From contig JBFMFO010000011.1 of the NCBI GenBank assembly GCA_040754095.1, positions 13,737 to 77,736 on the forward strand: 64,000 nt of DNA, given 5' to 3'. Shown here piece after piece: positions 55,379-64,000 of this stretch. This stretch comes from Thermodesulfobacteriota bacterium (GTDB taxonomy: Bacteria > Desulfobacterota > QYQD01). Within the stretch, counting starts at the first letter, position 1; each line of letters opens with the position of its first letter. The translations under genes were made by a program, and so were the position numbers. The notes below the pieces were generated by a model, which had not been told where the DNA came from, searched no databases, and saw only the letters and a program-made list of their open reading frames with translations.

Positions 55379-56515
55379 TTGATCTACCTTGACTACAACG
55401 CCACTACCCCGGTTGACCGCGAAGTGGCCGCGGCCATGATGCCTTATATAGAAGAGAAATGGGGCAATCCCGGCAGTTCGCACCAAATGGGCAGGGAGGC
55501 CCGGGCGGCGGTGGAAACTGCCCGGGGGCAGGTCGCCAGCCTCCTTAGGTGCGGGCCGCAGGAAGTGGTTTTTACCGGCGGGGGTACGGAATCCAATAAC
55601 GCCGTATTGAAAGGCGTAGCTCACGCCCTGCGCAAGAAGGGGAGGCATATCATCACCTCGGGGATTGAGCACCCTTCCATCCTGCAGCCGGCCATTTTTT
55701 TGATGGAGAACGGATGGGAAGTCACCTTTCTTCCCGTAGATAGCTATGGCATGGTTGATCCGGATAATGTCCGCCGGGCGCTACGCAAGGACACCGTCCT
55801 GATCAGTATTATGCATGCCAACAATGAGACCGGGACTATCCAGCCCGTGGCCGAGATAGGGGCGATGACGCGGGAGCATGGTGTTTACTTCCATAGTGAT
55901 GCCGCGCAGTCCGTAGGAAAGGTCGAGACTTACGTTGAAGATATGGGCGTAGATTTCCTGACCGTGGCCGGACACAAGGTTTATGCGCCTAAAGGGATCG
56001 GCGCCCTCTATATACGCGAGGGGGCTGCGCTGGAGCCGCTTCTGCATGGCGCGGGCCAGGAAGGCGGCCGCCGTGCCGGTACGGAAAACGTCATCCTGGC
56101 GGTAGCCCTTGGGGCGGCCTGCGCGATTGCCGCCCGGCGTCTGCATGATGAGGCAGACCGGCAAAGGGGTCTGCGGGATCAACTCTTTGAAGGCATTATT
56201 TCAGAGATTCCAGACGCAGTGCTCAACGGTCATAAGGATAAAAGGCTCCCCAATACCCTGAATATCGCCTTTCCCGGCCTGTCCGGCGGGGAAATACTGG
56301 ATGGTATCCCCGGGCTATGCGCCTCTACCGGCGCGGCCTGTCATGACCGTTCGGTTACCCTGTCACATGTCCTGGCCGCCATGGGGGTATCCAGGGAGGC
56401 CGGGATGGGGGCTATACGCCTGACGGTGGGCCGATATACAACCGAAGAGGAGATTGACCGGGCCGTTTCCCGGATCGTGGCTGCGGTCAAAAAAACAAAA
56501 AAAAGGAGCTATTAG
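55379..56515 (+). CDS. Cysteine desulfurase (NifS/IscS family)
   Basis: Contains IYLDYNATTPVD, GNPGSSH, SDAAQSVGK and AGHKVYAPKGIGALY (PLP lysine), plus the active-site loop STGAACH. The start is TTG. Confidence 0.85.
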   Translation: MIYLDYNATTPVDREVAAAMMPYIEEKWGNPGSSHQMGREARAAVETARGQVASLLRCGPQEVVFTGGGTESNNAVLKGVAHALRKKGRHIITSGIEHPSILQPAIFLMENGWEVTFLPVDSYGMVDPDNVRRALRKDTVLISIMHANNETGTIQPVAEIGAMTREHGVYFHSDAAQSVGKVETYVEDMGVDFLTVAGHKVYAPKGIGALYIREGAALEPLLHGAGQEGGRRAGTENVILAVALGAACAIAARRLHDEADRQRGLRDQLFEGIISEIPDAVLNGHKDKRLPNTLNIAFPGLSGGEILDGIPGLCASTGAACHDRSVTLSHVLAAMGVSREAGMGAIRLTVGRYTTEEEIDRAVSRIVAAVKKTKKRSY

Positions 56516-59206
56516 GTGGAGAAAACAAGGCGTCTTCTTATTATAGCGGCGGTGGTCGCATTCCTGGCCCTGGTCTTTGGACAGACGGCGGCAATACTTT
56601 ATACGGACTGGTTGTGGTTTAAGTCCCTCGATCTTTCTCTGCTCTTTACCCGGGTCTTCAACATCCAGGCCCTTTTGGGACTGGTCTTTGGTCTGGTCTC
56701 CGGGCTGCTTTTTTATCTGAACGGGATTTTCGCTCACCGCTGGGGCGGACCGGCGGTCCTCGGCTCCGGTGAGTATCTACAGTTTTCAGCCATGGATCGC
56801 CTGTCAGAAAAGATTCCCTATCTCTTAAAAGGCGCGTCCATTCTGATAGGCGTGGTAATGGCCTTTTATGGGGCGGCCCAGTGGGAGGCTTTTCTCAATT
56901 TCTCGTACGGCGTCCCATTCGGCAAGAGCGATCCGCTTTTTGGGCATGATATCGGATTTTATATCTTTAAGTTGCCGTTTATCGAACTCTTGCTCGGGTG
57001 GCTGTTCAGACTCCTGTTTGTAATGTTTTTAGCTGCCATGGTGATCTTCGCCCTCCGCCTGCAGATTGTGCTGTCGCCGCAAGGCGTCGATTTCCGGCTG
57101 CCGGCCAAGAGATATCTGGTCCTGTTCGGCGCGCCGTTTTTTGTTATTATAGCCGGTTATTTTTTTCTGGCGCGGTATGGCTTGCTTTATGAAAGCCGCG
57201 GCGTTGTCTTCGGGGCCGGTTACGCGGATGAAAACGGGCTTCTTCCGGCCTTGAATGTAATGGTCGCGATTTCCCTGGGCACAGCCGGCGCTTTCTTTTA
57301 CAACTTCTTTCGCTACAATGTTAAGGCCATCTACGGCACGCTGGCCGCCTTTGCCGGCATCTACCTCCTCGGCATCCACATCTACCCCATGGCCCTCCAG
57401 CGCCTGGTGGTGCTGCCGAACGAGATAGCCAAGGAAACCCCATACCTCATGCGTGATATAGCGGCTACGCGCGCCGGGTACGGCATTACGGGTGTCGAGG
57501 AGCGCGACCTTTCCGCCGCCGCATCCTTGACGCCGGACAGCCTGGCCAGAAACGACCTGACCATCAAGAATATACGGCTCTGGGATCACCAGCCTTTACT
57601 GGAGACGTATGGTCAGATACAGGAGATACGGACCTATTACAAGTTCCTGTCTGTGGATAACGACCGCTACTATATAAACGGCGAATACCGTCAGGTCATG
57701 CTTTCGCCGCGGGAGCTTTCCTATGACGATCTCCCCAGCCGGGTATGGATCAACGAACACCAGATCTATACCCACGGTTATGGACTGACCCTGGGCGTGG
57801 TCAATCAGGTAACCAGGGAGGGGCTGCCGTCGCTCATAATTCAGGATATCCCGCCGGTTTCCAGGACCAATCTCAGGGTGGACAGGCCTGAGATCTACTT
57901 CGGAGAGATTGATAACGACTATGTCTTTGTCAATACCAGGCTTAAAGAATTTGATTATCCTTCCGGGGAACAAAATGTATTTGCCCGCTACGAGGGCAGG
58001 GATGGAATCACAATAAATTCAATATTGGACAAGGCCTTGTGGGCGTTTCGGTTCGGCTCTTTGAAGATACTTCTTTCTACGGATATAACACCCGGAAGCC
58101 GCCTTCTGTTTGATCGTAATGTCTATTCGCGGGTAAAAAAGCTGGCCCCTTTCCTCCGGATAGATCGCGACCCATATATGGTAATCTCCGGCGGCAGGCT
58201 CTACTGGCTTATAGACGGCTATACCACTTCCGATCTGTATCCCTACTCCAGACGGGTGAAAGGCGGGGATAATTATATACGCAACTCGGTAGTGGCCGTG
58301 GTTGATGCCTACAATGGGAATGTGGATTTTTTTATCAAGGATGCCGAAGACCCGATAATCCGCACCTATGCCAGGATATTCCCCGGTGTATTCAAGCCTC
58401 TTTCCGCCATGGATGCCGATCTTCAGAATCATCTCCGCTATCCGCACTGGCTCTTCCGCACCCAGGCAAGCATATATGCCACGTATCACATGACAGAGCC
58501 CCAGGCCTTTTACAACAAAGAAGATCTATGGGAGATACCGGGAAGCCTGCGCGCCGAAAATGTCCAGATGGAGCCTTATTATACCATCATGCGGCTTCCG
58601 GGCGAGGACAAAGAAGAGTTTATCCTCATGACGCCGTTTAATCCCAGTAAAAAAGATAACCTGTCCGCCTGGATGTGCGCCAAATGCGATCCCAAAGAGT
58701 ATGGAAAGTTGGTAGTTTATCGATTTCCCAAACAGAAACTCATATACGGACCACGACAAATCGAGTCCAGAATCAATCAGGAGCCGGAGATTTCCCGGCA
58801 GCTTTCGCTTTGGGATCAGCGAGGCTCAAACGTTATCCCCGGGACGCTTCTCGTTATTCCTGTCGAGGAGTCCCTGATCTATGTGCAGCCCATATACCTA
58901 AAGGCTGAAACCGGGCAGATTCCTGAATTAAAACGCATTATCGTGGCCTACGAAAACTCGATAGCGATGGAAGAGACACTGGAGCAATCTCTGGCCAGGG
59001 TCTTTGGATCGGGATTTTCCAGGACAGTCCAGTCGCCGGCATCCGTCCCGTCCGTAGCCGGAGAGCGGCCTTCTGATCTTGGAGAGTCGGCCTGGCGTCA
59101 TTTTGAAAGCGCCCGGCGATATCTGAAAGAAGAAAATTGGGCTGCCTACGGTGAAGAACTAAGGAAATTGGGGGATGTGCTGAAAAGGCTCAAGGAGAAG
59201 AAATAA
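56516..59206 (+). CDS. UPF0182 family membrane protein
   Basis: 896 aa. The N-terminal membrane region reads YTDWLWFKSL and the soluble part contains the conserved IRLWD and YYKF. The start is GTG. Confidence 0.75.
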   Translation: MEKTRRLLIIAAVVAFLALVFGQTAAILYTDWLWFKSLDLSLLFTRVFNIQALLGLVFGLVSGLLFYLNGIFAHRWGGPAVLGSGEYLQFSAMDRLSEKIPYLLKGASILIGVVMAFYGAAQWEAFLNFSYGVPFGKSDPLFGHDIGFYIFKLPFIELLLGWLFRLLFVMFLAAMVIFALRLQIVLSPQGVDFRLPAKRYLVLFGAPFFVIIAGYFFLARYGLLYESRGVVFGAGYADENGLLPALNVMVAISLGTAGAFFYNFFRYNVKAIYGTLAAFAGIYLLGIHIYPMALQRLVVLPNEIAKETPYLMRDIAATRAGYGITGVEERDLSAAASLTPDSLARNDLTIKNIRLWDHQPLLETYGQIQEIRTYYKFLSVDNDRYYINGEYRQVMLSPRELSYDDLPSRVWINEHQIYTHGYGLTLGVVNQVTREGLPSLIIQDIPPVSRTNLRVDRPEIYFGEIDNDYVFVNTRLKEFDYPSGEQNVFARYEGRDGITINSILDKALWAFRFGSLKILLSTDITPGSRLLFDRNVYSRVKKLAPFLRIDRDPYMVISGGRLYWLIDGYTTSDLYPYSRRVKGGDNYIRNSVVAVVDAYNGNVDFFIKDAEDPIIRTYARIFPGVFKPLSAMDADLQNHLRYPHWLFRTQASIYATYHMTEPQAFYNKEDLWEIPGSLRAENVQMEPYYTIMRLPGEDKEEFILMTPFNPSKKDNLSAWMCAKCDPKEYGKLVVYRFPKQKLIYGPRQIESRINQEPEISRQLSLWDQRGSNVIPGTLLVIPVEESLIYVQPIYLKAETGQIPELKRIIVAYENSIAMEETLEQSLARVFGSGFSRTVQSPASVPSVAGERPSDLGESAWRHFESARRYLKEENWAAYGEELRKLGDVLKRLKEKK

Positions 59207-59233
59207 AACAGGCATGATAGCTCCCCTGATCCA

Positions 59234-59343
59234 CCGGCAAGACATCATCTGCGGCGTTGCCTTCGATCGCTCCTCCTTGCGGCGTATTGCTCCATACGCC
59301 TCAGTCGTCGCTCCTCGGCGCCTTGCATCTAATATCTTGCCGG
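59234..59343. repeat. Inverted-repeat-bounded 110-nt element downstream of the UPF0182 gene
   Basis: The ends are ccggcaaga (59234-59242) and tcttgccgg (59335-59343). The interior carries duplicated gcggcgt, cgctcct and ccttgc motifs. Confidence 0.5.
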
Positions 59344-59452
59344 TGTTCAGGAATACTATATAACCTGTTGATTTTAATCTTTATAGCAAAATTAGACGGT
59401 GGATTTGGGGTTCATGGCTGATGGCTGATGGTTGATAGCTGGAAGCTTACTC

Positions 59453-59821
59453 TCACGCAAAACGAAGCAGGAAGACATGATAGAGGGTGAGTGCGCTGTA
59501 TAAGACGGCGATGCCGGTAATCAACCAGTTGACGCGCAGGTGCCTGCTCAGGGCGCAGAGCAGGAGCAGCCCCCCGGCGGTCATAAAATACTTGAAAAGG
59601 AAGGCCTGATAATCGCCCAGTGTAAAGAGATAATGCATAATCGGGTTCAATTCTCTTAGTCCAAGGGCTATCATATGTCTTACGGTAAAGAGATAATCAA
59701 GTATTGAGCAGGAGAGGATGAATAACACAAAGAAGGGAAGGCGGTATCCCATGGGTATGGACATCACGGCGGTCCGACTGTTCCTGTTATACTTAGCGGC
59801 AACAGATTCTTTGGTCAACAT
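59453..59821 (-). CDS. Small membrane protein, DUF5658-like
   Basis: Four predicted transmembrane helices. Contains DYLFTVRHMIALGLRELNPIMHYLF. Confidence 0.5.
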   Translation of the reverse strand: MLTKESVAAKYNRNSRTAVMSIPMGYRLPFFVLFILSCSILDYLFTVRHMIALGLRELNPIMHYLFTLGDYQAFLFKYFMTAGGLLLLCALSRHLRVNWLITGIAVLYSALTLYHVFLLRFA

Positions 59822-59860
59822 TTCTCTCTCCCTAAGTTACACAGCGCGGCATAGCCGCAA

Positions 59861-60015
59861 CCAAATCCGAATCTCGAAATGCGAAATACGAAACAAATCC
59901 GAAATTCAAATATCAAATGTTCGAAACGTCCATCAGCAACGCCTTCGATTTTTAGTTTTTGTCATTGCTCTCATTTGAATTTGTTTCGAGTTTCGTGCTT
60001 CGGATTTCGAATTTT
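59861..60015. repeat. Family-D quasi-palindrome, second locus
   Basis: The left arm is aaatccgaatctcgaaatgcgaaatacgaaacaaatccgaaattcaaat. The right arm is atttgaatttgtttcgagtttcgtgcttcggatttcgaatttt. Confidence 0.85.
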
Positions 60016-60057
60016 CCATCTCTGTGGTTCCTTTTTCACGAAACTTTTCACATTACC

Positions 60058-60414
60058 CTATTGCTTATATTTTATCTCATGGAAAGCGGCTGAGTCTTCT
60101 CTGCAAGACGCTGCAACGGCGGAAAGGCGGAGGCATGGAAGTAAATACTTGCAGTTAGACTGGTCGCAAAACCCGCCGGCGGCTTTACCAAAACAATCAA
60201 AATTACCTTCCTTTAATTGCCTTCTGCGAATAACCGGGGTTACGGTTTGTACCTGACAAATATCACACAGCCCGGAGGATGGGCTGTTGGATTGATAAGG
60301 AGTAGAACAGGTCACCTCCCATTTTTTACCGCATACGATACATATTACCGGTTTTTTATAGCCCGCTCCGGCGGATATTCGACTAGCAATGTTTCCATTA
60401 CCTCTTTGTAACAT
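60058..60414 (-). CDS. Cys-rich hypothetical protein
   Basis: Contains CIVCGKKWEVTC...GLCDICQ (zinc-ribbon-like) and NFDCFGKAAGGFCDQSNCKYLLPC. No family was assigned. Confidence 0.3.
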   Translation of the reverse strand: MLQRGNGNIASRISAGAGYKKPVICIVCGKKWEVTCSTPYQSNSPSSGLCDICQVQTVTPVIRRRQLKEGNFDCFGKAAGGFCDQSNCKYLLPCLRLSAVAASCREDSAAFHEIKYKQ

Positions 60415-60654
60415 GCCCCTTTCCCTTGTTGTTATGGGTGAGCATATTTCATGCCATAACTCCGTTGTCCCTAATCTATTGTTTTAATTGGTATTTGTTA
60501 GTAGTGCGGCGTTCTGTGTGTAATATTTTACCATTTCGGGGGAAAATGTTTTCCACAATGTGGTATTCTATTACCCACCGTCCTGTTTGCCTCTGGCGCA
60601 CGCGGCCCGCCGAAGGTGGACCGTGACCAAGCGCAGAATTAGCCCCATTTCAAT

Positions 60655-60811
60655 TAATTAGCTTCCATCCGAAAGCCCCGGTTTTCTGAATGGAGCAATC
60701 AACCCTCAGCTATCAGCGCTCAGCTTAACATGTTGTTTGTCTTATTATTTTGCTGACGGCTGAAAGCTGATCGCTGAGAGCGTGAATCTGGAAACGGTAG
60801 TTTCCGGATGA
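60655..60811 (-). repeat. Family-C quasi-palindrome, copy 4 (outer modules only, inverted)
   Basis: The reverse complement taattagtgctcatccggaaactaccgtttccag...cagcgatcagctttcagccgtcagc...gctgatagctgagg...ccattcagaaaaccggggctttcggatgg parallels 26642-26857 but lacks the heptamer core. Confidence 0.8.
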
Positions 60812-60884
60812 GCACTAATTACCCTTCTATTTAAAGTCAATGGTTCTTTCTGCCGATTTCTATAAGTAAACGTTCAGTTATCAA

Positions 60885-62159
60885 ATGTACCATCAGCTTT
60901 TCCCTGCTGAATACTTGTCAGATCAAAACGAGGGGGATCCAATGGAAAGCGGAGAGATTTGTGTATCTGCCGGGGCCGGGCCGTTAACTACAAACCTGGC
61001 GGCTATGGGTATTGAAGATGAGGCAGTGAAACAGCTTAACGGCGTATTTGCCAGAAATTTTATATGTATGCCGTTAAAGGTCGCGGATGAAAAACTTCAG
61101 GTGGCCGTGGCCGACTCCGACGATTATGAAACTCTGGATGCCATTAAGTCTTATACCGGCAAGGACGTGATACCGGTAGTCACGCCTGCCGCCGAGATAT
61201 TAACGGCGATCGATACATTTTACGGAGACCTGGAATATAATGATGCCGAAGTATCATGCCTGGAGGATATCCGGCCTACCCATAAAACCTTTGCGGTTAT
61301 CTCGAATAAGGGAGGGGTGGGCAAGACACACCTCTCCATCAACCTGAGCTGTGCCCTGTCTAAACTGGGCAAACACATCCTCCTTATCGACGGCGATCTG
61401 GCCAATGCCGATGTCTCCAACAAGCTGGGGATATTTCCTTCATGCAGCCTCCAGCATTTTTTCAGCCATGCCAAAAAGATAGAGGAGATTATTTACCGGA
61501 CTGCTTACGGTTTTGAACTGATAGGAGGGGTCGCCGGAGAGTACAAACTGGCCAATCTCAATTATACCCAGCGGCATAAGTTTATTAAACATTTTTTGGC
61601 CACAAGCAAGTATTATGATATGACCATATTCGATCTTGGGGCGGGTATCAGCTATGCGGTGCTCGACTTTGCCCTGGCCATGGACGAGATAATCATTGTG
61701 ACTACGCCTCAGGATATAATCAGCGGATATGCGTGTGTAAAAGCCGCTTTCCAGCGTTTTATGGAAATCGAGAACAAACTCAGACGTAATAAGAAATATG
61801 AGGCCAAAGATTGTTTTGCGCCCTACATAGCGGTCAATCAGACGAGGAATCCCCGGCAGGGCAGGATGGTTTTTGAAAATATTGTAAAAACCGCGGACGA
61901 GAACATAAATGCCAACGAGACAGAGTTTGTTTTAAGGCCGAACTATATAGGCTCCCTGCCTTATGAGGCCGAGGTTATTAACAGGGCCGAGATGAAGAAA
62001 AGGCCGCTTTTTACCGAATTTTCTCAATCGGGCTTTTCCCGTTCTATTGAATCCCTGGCGAAGCGCTTGCGCGACCCATCAGCCGGACCGGAGGAAGAGA
62101 CAGAGCCTGCCGGTAAGCTGTGGCGTATCTCTAAGATATTAGGTTTAAATTTTTTCTAG
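60885..62159 (+). CDS. MinD/ParA/FlhG-type P-loop ATPase with an N-terminal T2SSE_N (MshEN-like) domain
   Basis: FICMPLKVADEKLQVAVADSDDYETLDAIKSYTGKDVIPVVTP resembles the GspE N-domain. The deviant Walker A is ISNKGGVGKTHLSINL, followed by LLIDGDL. The start is uncertain. Confidence 0.65.
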   Translation: MYHQLFPAEYLSDQNEGDPMESGEICVSAGAGPLTTNLAAMGIEDEAVKQLNGVFARNFICMPLKVADEKLQVAVADSDDYETLDAIKSYTGKDVIPVVTPAAEILTAIDTFYGDLEYNDAEVSCLEDIRPTHKTFAVISNKGGVGKTHLSINLSCALSKLGKHILLIDGDLANADVSNKLGIFPSCSLQHFFSHAKKIEEIIYRTAYGFELIGGVAGEYKLANLNYTQRHKFIKHFLATSKYYDMTIFDLGAGISYAVLDFALAMDEIIIVTTPQDIISGYACVKAAFQRFMEIENKLRRNKKYEAKDCFAPYIAVNQTRNPRQGRMVFENIVKTADENINANETEFVLRPNYIGSLPYEAEVINRAEMKKRPLFTEFSQSGFSRSIESLAKRLRDPSAGPEEETEPAGKLWRISKILGLNFF

Positions 62160-63507
62160 GTTGACCTTTGTGCCGTTTGCTAATGGCCCGGGCGGCCACC
62201 AGACCGCTCACCGAGGCCTGTATAAGCCCGCGGGTAATACCTGACCCATCTCCTGTGATGAAGAGATTTTTGGCCTCTGATTCCAGTTCGGTATTCAAAC
62301 GAATGCGATGTGAGTAAAACTTGACCTCCACTCCGTAGAGGAGTGTGTGCCGGGAATATACACCGGGCACAATCCTTTCCAGGGCCTCCAGCATTTCCAT
62401 GATATTTTTAAGGTGGCGGTAAGGGAAGACAAAGCTGAGGTCACCGGGTGTGGCCTCGGGCAGCGTCGGCCGGGTGATACACCGGGAAATTCTTCTTTCG
62501 GTGGTGCGCCGCCCGGCCAGCAGATCGCCCAGGCGTTGGACTATTACCCCTTTTCCCAATAGATTGGCCAGGGAAACGATGGCCCGGCCATAGCCTATAG
62601 GATCATCAAAAGGTTCGGTAAAGCGACTGCTTACCAGAAGCGCAAAATTTGTGTTTTCCGAGCGTTTTTCCGCATAACTATGGCCGTTTACAGAGATGAG
62701 GCCATCGACGGCTTCGCTGACCACCTCGCCATAGGGATTCATGCAGAAGGTTCGAATCCGGTCGTCAAAGGTCTGTGAATAGTAGATAAGCTTGGCCTCA
62801 TAAACCACATCCGTCAGCCTTTGCATAACTACTGCGGGCACTTCCACCCGGACGCCGAGGTCCACCGGATTGGGCGTGGCCGTAAGACCCAGGCGGGCCG
62901 CTTCTTTTTTCATCCAGCTAGCTCCTACCCGGCCCGGAGCGGCAATCACATATTCTCCCCGGACCTCCCCGGAAGGTAATCGCACCCCCTTTGCCTGGCC
63001 TGATTCCACCACAATCTGATCCACTTTTGTCTCTGTCCGGATATCTATTTTGTCCTGTAGATATTCCCGGATGTTGGTCAGGACCCTTACGCAGTTTTCC
63101 GTGCCCAGATGTCTTATGGGTGAATAGATAAACTCCATCTGGGCCAGCTTGGCCTGTATTTCCAGATTTTCCAGGACCTCCCGTGGCGGGCTGTAGGTTT
63201 TAGCAGGGGCGCCGAAGGAAAGGAATATATCATCGGCCTGCTGCAGGAGGCTTTTTACTTCTTTTCGGGGTATAATCTCACCCAGGAATCCCCCTACATC
63301 CGGGGAAAGGGTGAGTTTGCCGTCGCTGAAGGCCCCGGCGCCTCCCCATCCGCAGAGGAGGTCTTTACCGGAGCGATCTGTCCTCTCGTAAATGTCTTTG
63401 CCCTGTTCAATAAGCAGTATGGGGCCGATCCCGGCTTTAGTCAATTCCAGACAGCTAAAAAGACCGGACGGTCCGGCGCCTATAACGATTACTTTATATT
63501 TCTTCAT
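62131..63507 (-). CDS. FAD-dependent oxidoreductase (COG2509-like)
   Basis: The dinucleotide motif is KVIVIGAGPSGLFSCLEL and the C-terminus contains LFITGDGSG. An alternative upstream start is at 63525. Confidence 0.7.
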   Translation of the reverse strand: MKKYKVIVIGAGPSGLFSCLELTKAGIGPILLIEQGKDIYERTDRSGKDLLCGWGGAGAFSDGKLTLSPDVGGFLGEIIPRKEVKSLLQQADDIFLSFGAPAKTYSPPREVLENLEIQAKLAQMEFIYSPIRHLGTENCVRVLTNIREYLQDKIDIRTETKVDQIVVESGQAKGVRLPSGEVRGEYVIAAPGRVGASWMKKEAARLGLTATPNPVDLGVRVEVPAVVMQRLTDVVYEAKLIYYSQTFDDRIRTFCMNPYGEVVSEAVDGLISVNGHSYAEKRSENTNFALLVSSRFTEPFDDPIGYGRAIVSLANLLGKGVIVQRLGDLLAGRRTTERRISRCITRPTLPEATPGDLSFVFPYRHLKNIMEMLEALERIVPGVYSRHTLLYGVEVKFYSHRIRLNTELESEAKNLFITGDGSGITRGLIQASVSGLVAARAISKRHKGQPRKNLNLIS

Positions 63508-63637
63508 ATCATCTCGCCTCATCAATAACAGTTCAAACTGTTTAAACTGTTCAAACGGTTCAAGTCGTATTTCCTCAGTGCGCTCTGTAGTTTCTTTTTC
63601 ATAGAGCTTTTGACATTACCTGTTTTGGTCCTTCTGT

Positions 63638-64000
63638 CTATTTTATCGTTTCTCTACATTTCGCACAGGGCTCTTCACTTTTTCTGTCGGTATCCTGGAG
63701 GCTGTTTGAAAAATGCATGACGCAGCGTGTGTCCGGACAATGGGATAGCCCGTAGAGATGTCCTATCTCATGCACTGCCTCCTTGATTGCCCGTGAGGTA
63801 AAACGGGCGGGGTCTGCCGGCAGCTGATAAAACTCCTGCCTGAGGCGGGAAATGGAGATTATGGCTATGTCCGTGAGCAGGCCGGCCAGGCCAAAGACAA
63901 AATTCAGAGAAGGCGCATAGAGGTCAAAGTCGGCCACAGCCAATACCTTTCCGGATTTCCTTTCTCTTTCAAGAAACTGTACGATCATTTCGGCGCTGTA
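63638..64000 (-). CDS. amzA: Archaemetzincin-like zinc metallopeptidase; the N-terminus runs off the window
   Basis: Contains HEIGHLYGLSHCPDTRCVMHFSNS...CAKC. The frame stays open to base 64000. Confidence 0.7.
   Translation of the reverse strand, partial: YSAEMIVQFLERERKSGKVLAVADFDLYAPSLNFVFGLAGLLTDIAIISISRLRQEFYQLPADPARFTSRAIKEAVHEIGHLYGLSHCPDTRCVMHFSNSLQDTDRKSEEPCAKCRETIK

Noticed and set aside
1-64000. A search for tRNA, rRNA, tmRNA, CRISPR arrays, integrases, transposases and prophage genes.
   Set aside because: I found no cloverleaf-compatible sequence with a T-loop (GTTCRANYC) in the intergenic regions, no rRNA-like stretches and no recombinase motifs. Absence is judged by eye only. 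tRNAscan-SE, Infernal and ISEScan would be decisive.

Overview
This looks like a chromosomal segment of an anaerobic, probably Desulfobacterota-like bacterium; the taxon is inference only. Bases 1-12.6 kb hold a co-directional Wood-Ljungdahl cluster: an Hdr-like FeS protein, mvhD, metV, metF, acsD, acsB, acsC, acsE and a roughly 1370-aa fused formate dehydrogenase. The ORF track splits that dehydrogenase at an in-frame TGA that I read as selenocysteine. Bases 12.6-16.3 kb are a small accessory patch with a decayed BrnT/BrnA pair, a GC-rich methyltransferase, a DUF1311 secreted protein and an orphan antitoxin-like ORF. Bases 16.3-35.5 kb are housekeeping and regulatory genes: cysC, an M28 peptidase, yggT-divIVA-yggU, suhB, mreB, a GAF protein, a U32 peptidase, two histidine kinases, three tandem glgC-family genes, a DHH phosphoesterase and a GalT-like gene. 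Bases 35.8-52.2 kb are one minus-strand block: sbcC, sbcD, an AT-rich 1323-aa protein, a truncated DUF45 metallohydrolase, and a type I R-M operon (hsdR, a rhuM fragment, hsdS, HTH-hsdM). The 1323-aa protein combines a Cap4/DUF4297-like PD-(D/E)xK nuclease head, a P-loop STAND-like NTPase and about 900 aa of unassigned sequence. It is my best candidate for a new or poorly described defence module. Bases 52.4-64 kb are housekeeping again. Nearly every longer intergenic gap carries one of several families of structured quasi-palindromic repeats, and some copies show compensatory stem changes. I saw no rRNA, tRNA, CRISPR array, integrase or transposase.
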